Assembly (NCBI GenBank): GCA_963749075.1 | Contig: CAVVLJ010000017.1 | Coordinates: 1 to 64,000, forward strand | Origin: an uncultured Pseudomonadota bacterium | GTDB lineage: Bacteria > Pseudomonadota > Alphaproteobacteria > JACZXZ01 | DNA length: 64,000 nucleotides | Direction: 5' to 3' | Shown here: positions 37,561-47,076 of the stretch, piece after piece | How the letters are laid out: each line of letters starts with the position of its first letter | Numbering within the stretch: the stretch's first letter is position 1 | The notes under the pieces: model-generated | What the model saw: only the letters and a program-made list of their open reading frames with translations | Told to the model about the DNA's origin: nothing | Database searches by the model: none | Program-made: the position numbers and the translations under genes

Positions 37561-40500
37561 CCCCCTACGCCGAGCTGCAGGTGACGAGCAACTTCAGCTT
37601 CCTGCGCGGCGCCTCGCATCCGGAGGAGCTCGTGGAGTGCGCGGCCGAGCTCGGCCATAAGGCCATCGCCTTGACCGACCGCAACTCGCTCGCCGGCATC
37701 GTGCGCGCGCACACGGCGGCACGGCGGCTGGGTTTGCGCCTCGTGGTGGGTGCTCGCCTCGATCTCGAGGACGCGCCGAGCCTCCTTGTCTATCCCGCCG
37801 ACCGCGCCGCCTACGCCCGGCTCTCGACCCTCCTCACCCTCGGCAAGCGCCGCGCGAGCAAGGGCAAGTGCCGCCTGACCCTCGCCGATTTCCTCACCCA
37901 TGCCGATGGTCAGCTCGTGGCCGCACTCCCGCCGGAGGACTTGGATGGCGAGGGCTTCGCGCGCACCCTCGCGGAGCTCCGCTCGGCACTCGGCGACCGC
38001 CTCTATCTCGCCGCCCACCACCTCTACCGCGGCGACGACGGGGCGCGCTTAGCCCGCCTCGCCGACCTCGCCGAACGCCTCCGCGCTCCCCTCCTCGCCA
38101 CCAACGACGTGCATGCGCACGCCCCGGCGCGCCGGGCGCTCCAGGACGTGCTCACCTGCATCCGCGAGAAATGCACGATCGAGGAGGCCGGCTTCCGCCT
38201 CTTCGCCAATGCCGAGCGCCATCTCAAGCCGCCCGCGGAGATGGCACGCCTCTTCCGCGGCCATGCGCAAGCGCTCGCCCGCACGGAGGAGATTGCCGCG
38301 CGCGCACACTTCTCCCTCGAGGAGCTGCGCTACGAATATCCGGCCGATCCCTGTCCCGAGGGTCTCTCGCCGCAGGAGCATCTCGCGCGCGAGAGCTGGG
38401 CGGGGGCGGCCGTGCGCTACCCCAAGGGCGTTCCCGCCAAGGTGAAGGCGCAGCTCGAGCACGAGCTCAGGCTCATCGGCCAGCTCGGCTATGCGCCCTA
38501 TTTCCTCACCGTCCACGACATCGTGCGCTTCGCGCGCGGCCGCGGCATCCTCTGCCAGGGCCGCGGCTCCGCCGCCAACTCGGCGGCGTGCTACTGCCTC
38601 GGCATCACCGCGGTCGATCCCAACCGGCTCGACCTGCTCTTCGAGCGCTTCGTCAGCGCCGCGCGCAACGAGCCGCCCGACATCGACGTCGACTTCGAGC
38701 ACGAGCGGCGCGAGGAGGTCATCCAGTACATCTACGCCAAGTACGGCCGCGAGCGCGCCGGCCTCGCCGCCACGGTGATCCGCTACCGCGCCAAGAGCGC
38801 CGTGCGCGACGTGGGCAAGGCGATGGGCCTCTCCCTCGACATGGTGGGAGCGCTCGCCGACACCGTCTGGGGGTGGAGCGAGGACGGCATCGATCCACGC
38901 CGCGTGCGCGAGCTCGGCCTCGATCCCGGCGAGCGCCGCTTGAAGACCACGCTGGCGCTCGCGGCCGAGCTCTGCGGCTTCCCGCGCCATCTCTCGCAGC
39001 ACGTGGGCGGCTTCGTCATCACCCGGAGCCCGCTCTCCGAGCTGGTGCCGATCGAGAACGCCGCCATGCCGGAAAGGACCATGATCGAGTGGGACAAGGA
39101 CGACCTCGACGCCCTCGGCATGCTCAAGATCGACGTGCTGGCGCTCGGCATGCTCACCTGCATCGGCAAGAGCTTCGCCCTCCTCGAGCGGCACAAGGGC
39201 GAGAGGCTCGATCTCGCGAGCGTGCCTCCTGAGGACCCGGCGGTCTACGACATGCTGTGCCGGGCGGACTCGATCGGCGTCTTCCAGGTCGAGAGCCGCG
39301 CCCAGATGAGTTTCCTCCCGCGCATGAAGCCGCGCAATTTCTACGACCTCGTCATCGAGGTGGCGATCGTGCGGCCGGGCCCCATCCAGGGCGACATGGT
39401 GCATCCCTATCTCCGCCGCCGCACCGGCGAGGAGGCGGTCGAGTATCCCTCGGAGGGCTTGCGCCAGGTGCTCGCCAAGACCTTGGGCGTGCCGCTCTTC
39501 CAGGAGCAGGCGATGAAGATCGCCATCGTCGCCGCGGGCTTCACGCCCAGCGAGGCCGACCAGCTCCGCCGCGCCATGGCGACCTTCCGCCACAGCGGCA
39601 AGATCCACGGCTTCCGCGTCAAGATGATCGAGGGCATGGTGGCGCGCGGCTATGCGCGCGGCTTCGCCGAGCGCTGCTTTCGCCAGATCGAGGGCTTCGG
39701 CGAGTACGGCTTTCCCGAGAGCCACGCCGCGAGCTTCGCCCTCCTCGTCTATGTCTCGGCCTGGCTCAAGTGCCGTCATCCCGAGGTCTTCGCCGCCGCC
39801 CTCCTCAACAGCCAGCCCATGGGCTTCTATGCCCCGGCCCAGATCGTGCGCGACGCCCGCGAGCACGGCGTAGAAGTGCGCCCCGCCGACGTGAACCACA
39901 GCCAGTGGGACTGCACGCTGGAGGTCCCCCCCTCCCTACCCTCCCCCTCAAGGGGGGAGGGGAATTTTGGGGCGAACGCGAACAGTCCCCCTCCCCTCTT
40001 GAGGGGGAGGGTTGGGGTGGGGGGTGCTTCACGCGCCGACGATCCCGCATATGCAAACCCCCATGCCCTCCGTCTCGGCTTCCGCCAGGTGAAGGGGCTC
40101 AGGGAAAGCGATATCGCGCGCCTCGTTGCCGCGCGCGGCCAAGGCTACGGCGAGCCGGCGGCGCTGCAGCGGCGCGCGCGGCTCGGCCTCGCCGCCCTCG
40201 AGCGCTTAGCCCAGGCCGATGCCTTCGGCTCGCTCGGGCTCGAGCGGCGTGCTGCTCTCTGGGCCGTGCAGGCGCTCGACGAGACCCCGCTGCCGCTCTT
40301 CGCGGCATTGGAGGGCCGCATCGCCTTGCCCGAGCCCGAGGCGGCACTGCCGCAGGCGAGCCTCGGCGAGGAGGTGGCGGCGGATTACAGGGCGCTCAGG
40401 CTCTCGCTCAAGAGCCATCCCCTGGCACTCTTGCGCGAGCGCCTGGCACGGGAGGGTGCCGTGCCCGCGGTGGCACTCGCAGAGGTGGCCGACGGCGCGC

Positions 40501-40817
40501 GCGTCACCGTGGCCGGGCTCGTGCTCGTGCGCCAGCGGCCGGGCAGTGCGGCGGGCGTCATCTTCGCAACCCTCGAGGACGAGACCGGCCCGGCCAACGT
40601 CATCATCTGGCCCAGCATCTTCGAGCGCTTCCACCGGGTGGTGCTCGCCTCGCGGCTCATGGCCGTGAGCGGGCGCCTCCAGCGCGAGGGCATCGTCATC
40701 CACGTGATAGCCGAGCGCCTCCTCGACCTCTCGCACCATCTCGCGAGCCTCACGGCGCCGCCCGCGGACGCCACCGAGACTCCGGGCCGCCTCTACCCCT
40801 CGCGCGACTTCCGCTGA
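37557..40817 (+). CDS. dnaE2: Error-prone DNA polymerase DnaE2 (ImuC)
   Basis: YAELQVTSNFSFLRGASHPEEL, CQGRGSAANS, PPDIDVDFEHERREEV, FQVESRAQM, YGFPESHA, C-terminal SRDFR. Confidence 0.95.
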   Translation: MTPYAELQVTSNFSFLRGASHPEELVECAAELGHKAIALTDRNSLAGIVRAHTAARRLGLRLVVGARLDLEDAPSLLVYPADRAAYARLSTLLTLGKRRASKGKCRLTLADFLTHADGQLVAALPPEDLDGEGFARTLAELRSALGDRLYLAAHHLYRGDDGARLARLADLAERLRAPLLATNDVHAHAPARRALQDVLTCIREKCTIEEAGFRLFANAERHLKPPAEMARLFRGHAQALARTEEIAARAHFSLEELRYEYPADPCPEGLSPQEHLARESWAGAAVRYPKGVPAKVKAQLEHELRLIGQLGYAPYFLTVHDIVRFARGRGILCQGRGSAANSAACYCLGITAVDPNRLDLLFERFVSAARNEPPDIDVDFEHERREEVIQYIYAKYGRERAGLAATVIRYRAKSAVRDVGKAMGLSLDMVGALADTVWGWSEDGIDPRRVRELGLDPGERRLKTTLALAAELCGFPRHLSQHVGGFVITRSPLSELVPIENAAMPERTMIEWDKDDLDALGMLKIDVLALGMLTCIGKSFALLERHKGERLDLASVPPEDPAVYDMLCRADSIGVFQVESRAQMSFLPRMKPRNFYDLVIEVAIVRPGPIQGDMVHPYLRRRTGEEAVEYPSEGLRQVLAKTLGVPLFQEQAMKIAIVAAGFTPSEADQLRRAMATFRHSGKIHGFRVKMIEGMVARGYARGFAERCFRQIEGFGEYGFPESHAASFALLVYVSAWLKCRHPEVFAAALLNSQPMGFYAPAQIVRDAREHGVEVRPADVNHSQWDCTLEVPPSLPSPSRGEGNFGANANSPPPLLRGRVGVGGASRADDPAYANPHALRLGFRQVKGLRESDIARLVAARGQGYGEPAALQRRARLGLAALERLAQADAFGSLGLERRAALWAVQALDETPLPLFAALEGRIALPEPEAALPQASLGEEVAADYRALRLSLKSHPLALLRERLAREGAVPAVALAEVADGARVTVAGLVLVRQRPGSAAGVIFATLEDETGPANVIIWPSIFERFHRVVLASRLMAVSGRLQREGIVIHVIAERLLDLSHHLASLTAPPADATETPGRLYPSRDFR
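39926..40024. repeat. Palindromic repeat inserted in frame in dnaE2
   Basis: CCCCCCTCCCTACCCTCCCCCTCAAGGGGGGAGGGG...CCCCTCCCCTCTTGAGGGGGAGGGTTGGGGTGGGGG; two inverted hairpin units translated as PPSLPSPSRGEG...PPPLLRGRVGVG. Confidence 0.8.
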
Positions 40818-40828
40818 GCGGCAGCTCC

Positions 40829-41842
40829 TCAAAACCCCGCGAGCACGACCTTGCCCTTGGCGCGGCCGCTCTCGATGAGCGCGTGGGCCTTCCTCAGGTT
40901 CGCCGCCTCGATCTTCCCCATGCTCTCGCCGAGCGTCGTGCGGATGAGACCGTCGTCGACCAGTCCCGCCACCTCGTTGAGGAGATTGTGCTGGGCGATC
41001 ATGTCCGGTGTGGCGAAGCTCGAGCGCACGAACATCGCCTCCCAGTGGATCGAGGCCGACTTGCGCTTGAAGGGCACCGCGTCGAGCGTCTTGGGATCGT
41101 CGATGAGGCCGAACTTGCCCTGCGGCGCCACGATCTCGGCGATCTCGGGAAGATGCCGCTCCGTCGCGGTGACGCTGAAGACGTGCTCGACCGCGGGGAA
41201 GCCGAGGGCCTTGAGCTGCGGCAGAAGCGGCCGGCCGTGGTCGACGACGTGGTGCGCGCCGAGCTCGAGGCACCAGGCCTCAGTCTCGGGGCGCGAGGCG
41301 GTGGCGATCACCGTGAGCCCGGTCAGGCGGCGGGCGAGCTGGATGGCGATCGAGCCGACGCCGCCGGCGCCGCCGATGATGAGGAGCGCGCCGGCGCCCG
41401 CAGGCTTGCCGATGCGGATGGCGAAGCGGTCGAACAGCATCTCCCAGGCGGTGATCGCGGTGAGCGGCAGCGCCGCGGCTTCGGCGAAGGAGAGCCGCTT
41501 CGGCATGGCGCCGACGATGCGCTCGTCGACGAGGTGGAACTCGGCGTTGGTGCCCTGGCGCAGGATGCTGCCCGCGTACCACACCTTGTCGCCGGGCTTG
41601 AAGAGGCTCGCGTCGGGGCCGGCCGCAGCGACGCTGCCGGCGGCATCATAGCCGAGCACCTTCGCCTTCCCCGCCTCGGGCTCCGCGCGCATGCGCACCT
41701 TGGTGTCGACCGGGTTGACCGAGACCGCCTCGATCTTGACCAGGAGGTCGCGGCCCTTGGGCGCCGGCGTCTCGAGCTCGAGATCGAGGAGCGACTTCGG
41801 CTCGGCGATCGGCAAGGAGCGGTAATAGCCGACGGCTTTCAT
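40829..41842 (-). CDS. Zinc-type alcohol dehydrogenase-like / quinone oxidoreductase (MDR family)
   Basis: MKAVGY, AVSVNPVDTKVR, LGYDAAG, AAALPLTAITAWE, IIGGAGGVGS, GRAKGKVVL. Confidence 0.9.
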   Translation of the reverse strand: MKAVGYYRSLPIAEPKSLLDLELETPAPKGRDLLVKIEAVSVNPVDTKVRMRAEPEAGKAKVLGYDAAGSVAAAGPDASLFKPGDKVWYAGSILRQGTNAEFHLVDERIVGAMPKRLSFAEAAALPLTAITAWEMLFDRFAIRIGKPAGAGALLIIGGAGGVGSIAIQLARRLTGLTVIATASRPETEAWCLELGAHHVVDHGRPLLPQLKALGFPAVEHVFSVTATERHLPEIAEIVAPQGKFGLIDDPKTLDAVPFKRKSASIHWEAMFVRSSFATPDMIAQHNLLNEVAGLVDDGLIRTTLGESMGKIEAANLRKAHALIESGRAKGKVVLAGF

Positions 41843-43083
41843 GGCGATGCCTCTCCCTCGAGCCGCGTCACGATGCTGATCTCGGACGTGAGCGTGCGGT
41901 GCACCGGGCATTTGTCGGCGATCTCGAGGAGGCGCTGGCGCTCAGCCGCATCGAGCGTGCCTTCGAGCTCGATTCTGCGCTCGATGCGGTCGATCATGCC
42001 TTCCTTCGTCTCGCACTCGGCACAGTCCTTGGCGTAAATCTTGTCGTGGGCGAGACGCACGATGGTACGCGCGAGCGGCAGCCCCTTGCGCTCGGCATAC
42101 ATGCGAAGCGTCATGGCGGTGCAGGCGCCGAGGGCGGCGAGGAGATAATCGTAAGGGCCGGGGCCGCTGTCGTCGCCGCCGGCTGCCACGGGCTCGTCGG
42201 CGGCGAGCCGGTGGGCGCCTACCCTGATCTCCTCGCTGAAGCGGCCCGCGCGCGTCTCGGCCACCACCACCTCGCCGGCATGCTGCGGCTCGGGTGCGGG
42301 GAGGCCTGACCGGCGGCCGCCGGCCACATAGCGTCCGGCCCAGGCGGCCAGCACCTCGGCCACATATTCGGCGTCCTCGCGCCGGCGCAAGAGATGGTCG
42401 GCGCGGTCGAGGGAGACGAAGCTCTTGGGATGCAGCGCCGCCGCGAAGATGCGTGAGGCGTTCTCGATGCCGACGATCTCGTCGCGCGGCGAATGGAAGA
42501 CGAGGAGCGCCTTCCCGAGGCCGCGGATGGCATCCTCGAGACGATGGCTGGCGATGTCCTCGAGAAACTGGCGCTTGATGCGGAAGGGCCGGCCGCCGAT
42601 CGAGACCTCGGCCTCGCCCGCGGCCTCGATCGCCGCCGCCGCATCGCCGATGAGATGGCGGACGTGGTCCGCCTCGGCGGGTGCCGCGATGGTGGCGACC
42701 GCCGTCGCCTCGGGCACGCGGGATGCTGCGGCGAGCACGGCCGCACCGCCCAGGCTGTGGCCGACGAGGAGCTTGGGTGCGGCATAATGGTCGCGCAGGA
42801 ACTCGGCGGCGGCCACAAGATCGCCGAGGTTCGAGGAGAAGTTGGTGTTGGCGAACTCGCCCTCGCTTGCGCCGAGGCCGGTGAAGTCGAAGCGCAGCAC
42901 CGCGATGCCGCGCTCGGCGAGGCCGCCCGCGATGCGCGCCGCGGCGAAGATGTCCTTCGAGCAGGTGAAGCAATGGGCGAAGAGCGCAAAGGTGCTGGGC
43001 GTGCCCTCCGGCAGCTCGAGGAGGGCGGCCAGGCGCTGGCCGCCGCTGCCCGGGAAATCGACGCGCTCGGAACGCCGTGGCAT
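41839..43083 (-). CDS. Bifunctional alpha/beta hydrolase / OsmC-family protein
   Basis: FAHCFTCSKD, VGHSLGG, HSPRD; OsmC part ADEP...GG.D.GP.PY..LLAALGACT and IADKCPVHRTL. Confidence 0.9.
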   Translation of the reverse strand: MPRRSERVDFPGSGGQRLAALLELPEGTPSTFALFAHCFTCSKDIFAAARIAGGLAERGIAVLRFDFTGLGASEGEFANTNFSSNLGDLVAAAEFLRDHYAAPKLLVGHSLGGAAVLAAASRVPEATAVATIAAPAEADHVRHLIGDAAAAIEAAGEAEVSIGGRPFRIKRQFLEDIASHRLEDAIRGLGKALLVFHSPRDEIVGIENASRIFAAALHPKSFVSLDRADHLLRRREDAEYVAEVLAAWAGRYVAGGRRSGLPAPEPQHAGEVVVAETRAGRFSEEIRVGAHRLAADEPVAAGGDDSGPGPYDYLLAALGACTAMTLRMYAERKGLPLARTIVRLAHDKIYAKDCAECETKEGMIDRIERRIELEGTLDAAERQRLLEIADKCPVHRTLTSEISIVTRLEGEASP

Positions 43084-43214
43084 GGCTCCCTCCCCTTGCC
43101 GTCATTCGCTCGATGCGCGGGATCATAACCGATCGGGAGCAGCGAGAGCAGGCTTTGCTTCGCCTCCCCTGCCGCTATGATGGCGCGCTTTCGCCACGAC
43201 CAGCGAGGAGAGCG

Positions 43215-43817
43215 ATGACCGACGAAGACGTGGAGATCCTCGCGCGCGAGCGGCTCTACCAGGGCTTCTTCCGCCTCGAGCGCGTGCGGCTGCGCCACCG
43301 GCTCCATGCCGGCGGCTGGAGCGGCATCGTCGAGCGCGAGCTCTTCATCCGAGGCCGCGCCGCGGGCGTTCTCCTCTATGACGCACGGCTCGATGCCGTG
43401 GCGCTCATCCGCCAGTTCCGCGTGGGCGCCTTCGCTGCAGGGCGCGGCCCCTGGATCACCGAGATCGTGGCCGGCGTCATCGATGACGGCGAGAGCCCCG
43501 AGGAGACGGTGCGCCGCGAGGCGGTCGAGGAGGCCGGCCTCGCCATCGCCGAGCTCATTCCCATCACGACCTATCTCACCTCGCCCGGCGCCTCCTCGGA
43601 GACGGTCGCCCTCTTCTGCGGCCGCGTCGATGCGGCGGGCGCCGGCGGCATCCACGGCATCCACGACGAGCAGGAGGACATCCGCGTCATCGTCGTCCCT
43701 GCGGCGGAGGCCTTCGCCATGCGCCGCCGCAACGACGAGGTCCAGGATTCGATCACCGTCAACGCGCTCCTCTGGCTCGAGCTCGAGCGCGAGGCACTGC
43801 GCGCGCGCTGGCGCTGA
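43215..43817 (+). CDS. nudF: ADP-ribose pyrophosphatase (Nudix)
   Basis: YQGFF, RQFRVG, EIVAG.ID.GE.PEE..RREA.EEAG Nudix box, SPG..SE, E.EDI.V. Confidence 0.85.
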   Translation: MTDEDVEILARERLYQGFFRLERVRLRHRLHAGGWSGIVERELFIRGRAAGVLLYDARLDAVALIRQFRVGAFAAGRGPWITEIVAGVIDDGESPEETVRREAVEEAGLAIAELIPITTYLTSPGASSETVALFCGRVDAAGAGGIHGIHDEQEDIRVIVVPAAEAFAMRRRNDEVQDSITVNALLWLELEREALRARWR

Positions 43818-43832
43818 GGCGCTGCCCCGCGC

Positions 43833-44493
43833 TCAGAACACGCCGAGCCAGCTCCCGCCGCCGCCGCTCTCCGAAGGCACGGCCTCGCCGCACCAGCCGA
43901 TCGCCTCCTCGCGGCTGAGCCGTCCGTCGCCCTTGATATTGAGCGAGGCGAAGACCTTCTCCGCATGGCGCATGAAATCCGCCGCGCTCACCCGGAGGCG
44001 GAGGCTGGTATCCGCAGCCATGACCGGATCGGGCACGTCGCGCGTCGTATCGACGGTCCCCTGCCCCTTCGCGCGCGCGCCCGGATGCGTCTCATGGCCG
44101 GCCTCGTCGCGGCCCGCGTCGGACGCGCGGGGCGGCGCCGAGGCGACCGCGTAGGGCTGGCGGTAGCGCAAGAGGACGTTCCGGCGTGATGATGCCATTG
44201 CCGTCGAGGTCCATGGCCTTGAACTGGCGCCGCGCGTTGGCCATGAAAGTGGTGCGGTCGATGAAGCCCTTGTGCGCGGCATCGAGGCGGTCGAACCAGC
44301 CGCCGAGTGCGACCGGACAGCTCGGGAAGCCGAGCGGGCCGCCGGCGAGCGGCTCCCCGTTCGGGCTGAAGACGGCGCGCTGCGGCGGGCGCTCCGAGCG
44401 CGAGTGCGAGCAGGACGCCGCGAGGAGGGGCGCCAGCACGCCTGCCGCGAGCATGAGCCCGCGCCCAAGCGCAGCCGCGCGCCCGACCGTCAA
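43833..44493 (-). pseudogene. EF-hand lipoprotein interrupted by a +1 frameshift near 44179
   Basis: GGAGG RBS + TTG, lipobox LAASC, FSPNGEPL, EF loop DLDGNGIIT; continues in another frame as LLRYR...DPVMAAD...NIKGDGRLSREE. Removing one base gives P-D-V-L-L-R-Y in frame. Confidence 0.7.
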
Positions 44494-44518
44494 GAGGCAC
44501 CCTCCCCCACGCCGGCGC

Positions 44519-45463
44519 TTACGTCCCGTGCGTCGGACAGGCGTTGACCTCCACGGTGAGGTGGGCGAGCTCGCTCCATTTGCGGAACACCTTCTTGAAT
44601 TCGGCCGCCGGGCGCGGGTGATCGGTGACGATCGACACGATGGCCGCGACGTGGCCCGGGCCCAGGCGCCAGAGATGGAGGTTGGCCACGCGGTCGTCGC
44701 CCCCGCTCTCGACCGCGCGGCGCATCTCCTCGGCAAGCTCGGGGCTTGCCTGGACGTCGAGCAGCACTTTCGAAGAGTCGCGCATGAGGCCGTAGGACCA
44801 GCGCGCGATGACGATCGAGCCGACGATGCCCGTCAAGGGGTCCATCCACACCCAGCCGAGGGCGCGGCCCGTCACGAGCGCCACGATGGCGAGCACGGAG
44901 GTGAGCCCGTCGGCGAGCACGTGGAGACGGGCCGAGCGGATGTTGTGATCGTGGTGCTGCGCCGCGGCGTGCGCGTGTCCATGCGCGTGCTCGCCGTGGC
45001 CCTCGTCGCGCTCGTGCAGCACATAGGCGCTCACGAGATTGACGCCGAGGCCGACGCAAGCCACGAGGATCGCCTGGTCGAAGGAAATGGCGACGGGCAG
45101 AAAGAGCCGCGTGACCAACTCATAGGCGATGAAGAGGCTGATCACGGCGAGCACCACGGCGCTCGAGAAGCCCGCGAGATCGCCGAACTTGCCGGTGCCG
45201 AAGGAGAAGGCGGGGTCGCTCGCGTGCCGGCGCGCGTAGGCGTAGGCGAGCGCCGCGATGCCGAGGGCGCCCACATGGGTCGACATGTGCCAGCCCTCGG
45301 CGAGAAGGGCCATCGAGCCGAAGAGCGAGCCCGCCGCGAGCTCGACCACCATCATGGCCGCGGTGAGCGCGATCACCACGCGGGCCTTGAGCTCGTTCCT
45401 GCGGTGCGAGCGGCCGAGGAAGTCGTGCTGGTGCTGCCAGCGGCTGAGATCGAGCGTGTGCAT
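44519..45463 (-). CDS. dmeF: CDF-family Co/Ni efflux transporter DmeF
   Basis: H.HDFLG, GSMALLA.GWHM.TH, FSFGTGK, His-rich loop, HVLAD.LTS, LHLWRLGPGH, HLTVEV. Confidence 0.88.
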   Translation of the reverse strand: MHTLDLSRWQHQHDFLGRSHRRNELKARVVIALTAAMMVVELAAGSLFGSMALLAEGWHMSTHVGALGIAALAYAYARRHASDPAFSFGTGKFGDLAGFSSAVVLAVISLFIAYELVTRLFLPVAISFDQAILVACVGLGVNLVSAYVLHERDEGHGEHAHGHAHAAAQHHDHNIRSARLHVLADGLTSVLAIVALVTGRALGWVWMDPLTGIVGSIVIARWSYGLMRDSSKVLLDVQASPELAEEMRRAVESGGDDRVANLHLWRLGPGHVAAIVSIVTDHPRPAAEFKKVFRKWSELAHLTVEVNACPTHGT

Positions 45464-45640
45464 GGCAGGCAACCTCCGTTTATTAGTGCCGTTACTATAG
45501 CGCCTGGGCGAAGGTGGCGGATACCGTGAATGATGCCGCCTGGGCCGGCACCCGGGCTCTCCCTTGATCGGCCGCGGCCCACTGGCTACTGTGCCGGCAA
45601 CGAGGAAGCGCCTCGCGCCAACGACCCCGAAAAGGCTGCC

Positions 45641-46642
45641 ATGGATACGAGAGACGGCTTTGTCGAGACCATCGGCAATACCCCGCTCATCAAGCTTCGC
45701 CGCGCCTCGGAGCTCACCGGCTGCACCATCCTCGGCAAGGCCGAGTTCCTCAACCCCGGCGGCTCGGTCAAGGACCGCGCAGCACTCGCCATCATCAAGG
45801 ACGCCGAAGCGAGGGGCGCCTTGCGCCCGGGCGGCGTCATCGTCGAGGGCACGGCGGGCAATACCGGCATCGGCCTGGCTCTCGTCGGCAACGCGCGCGG
45901 CTACCGCACCGTGATCGTGATGCCCGAGACCCAGAGCCAGGAGAAGCAGGACATGCTGCGGCTCTGCGGCGCCGAGCTGCACCTCGTCCCGGCCGTCCCT
46001 TACAAGAACCCGGACAATTACGTGCACGTCTCCGAGCGCATGGCGGCGGAGCTCGCACGGCGCGAGCCGCAGGGCGCCATCTGGGCCAACCAGTTCGACA
46101 ACCTCGCCAACCGGCGCGGCCATTACGAGACGACGGGACCGGAGATCTGGCGGCAGACCGAGGGCAAAGTCGACGGCTTCATCTGCTCCGCCGGCACGGG
46201 CGGCACGCTCTCGGGCGTCGCCATCTTCCTCAAGGAGCGCCGTGCCACGATCATGACCGGCCTCGCCGACCCGCTCGGGTCGACGATCTACGACTGGTTC
46301 AAGTCCGGCACGATCAAGGTCCAGGGCAGCTCCATCACCGAGGGCATCGGCCAGGGCCGCATCACCAAGAACACCGAGGGTACCCCGATCGATTTCCCCT
46401 GCCAGGTTCCCGACGAGGAGGCGCTGCCGCTCATCTTCGATCTCCTCAAGGACGAGGGCATCTGCGTCGGCGGCTCCTCCGGCATCAACGTGGCGGGCGC
46501 CATCCGCCTCGCCCGCGAGCTCGGGCCGGGCCATACCGTGGCGACGATCCTCGCCGACTACGGCACGCGCTACCAGAGCAAGCTCTTCAATCCCGCGTTC
46601 CTGCGCGGCAAGAACCTGCCGGTGCCGGGCTGGCTCGCCTGA
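45641..46642 (+). CDS. cysK: Cysteine synthase A (PLP)
   Basis: IGNTPLI, KAEFLNPGGSVKDRAA, EGTAGNTGIGL, GTGGT, TEGIG, GGSSGIN. Confidence 0.9.
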   Translation: MDTRDGFVETIGNTPLIKLRRASELTGCTILGKAEFLNPGGSVKDRAALAIIKDAEARGALRPGGVIVEGTAGNTGIGLALVGNARGYRTVIVMPETQSQEKQDMLRLCGAELHLVPAVPYKNPDNYVHVSERMAAELARREPQGAIWANQFDNLANRRGHYETTGPEIWRQTEGKVDGFICSAGTGGTLSGVAIFLKERRATIMTGLADPLGSTIYDWFKSGTIKVQGSSITEGIGQGRITKNTEGTPIDFPCQVPDEEALPLIFDLLKDEGICVGGSSGINVAGAIRLARELGPGHTVATILADYGTRYQSKLFNPAFLRGKNLPVPGWLA

Positions 46643-46695
46643 GGGGCTGACCCGTCAATGAGTGCCCAGTGGTCAATGCGGTATTCGCCACCCGT

Positions 46696-47027
46696 CGTCA
46701 TTCCCGCGAAAGCGGGAATCCACTACAGGTCCGACACGCTGCGGCAAAGATGGACCCCCGCTTTCGCGCTAGTTGATGCACACAATTTCTAAGATCACCG
46801 GCAAATCATGATGTTGCGCGCTGCAAAGGGGCCTCGGACAGGCCGCGGTGCGTCCTTCGAGACGCTCGCTACGCTCGCTCCTCAGGATGAGGAAAAGTCT
46901 TTCTGCCACACACAGATTTGCCTCATCCTGAGGAGCGCCCCGAAGGGGCGCGTCTCGAAGGACCCACGGCGGATCTGCAAGCCCCCTCAAGATGTGTGCA
47001 TCTGCTAGCGCGAAAGCGGGGGTGACG
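46696..47027. mobile_element. CGTC-type REP element interrupted by a MITE-like insert (46769-47008) that itself carries a REP doublet
   Basis: Outer CGTCATTCCCGCGAAAGCGGGAATCCA...TGGACCCCCGCTTTCGCG / CGCGAAAGCGGGGGTGACG; insert bounded by CTAG at 46769 and 47005 with inverted ends GATGCACACA / TGTGTGCATC; core duplicated at 21706-21882. Confidence 0.75.
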
Positions 47028-47076
47028 AAAGGCCACTGAAAACGAAGAATGTATTTCAATCGGGCGAGGATGCGCC

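Noticed and set aside
46769-47059. Small ORFs over the repeats (46769-47059, 46808-47008, 21618-21866) and the 9257 and 21868 N-terminal extensions
   Set aside because: Translations of palindromic repeat DNA; real genes start downstream of the repeats.
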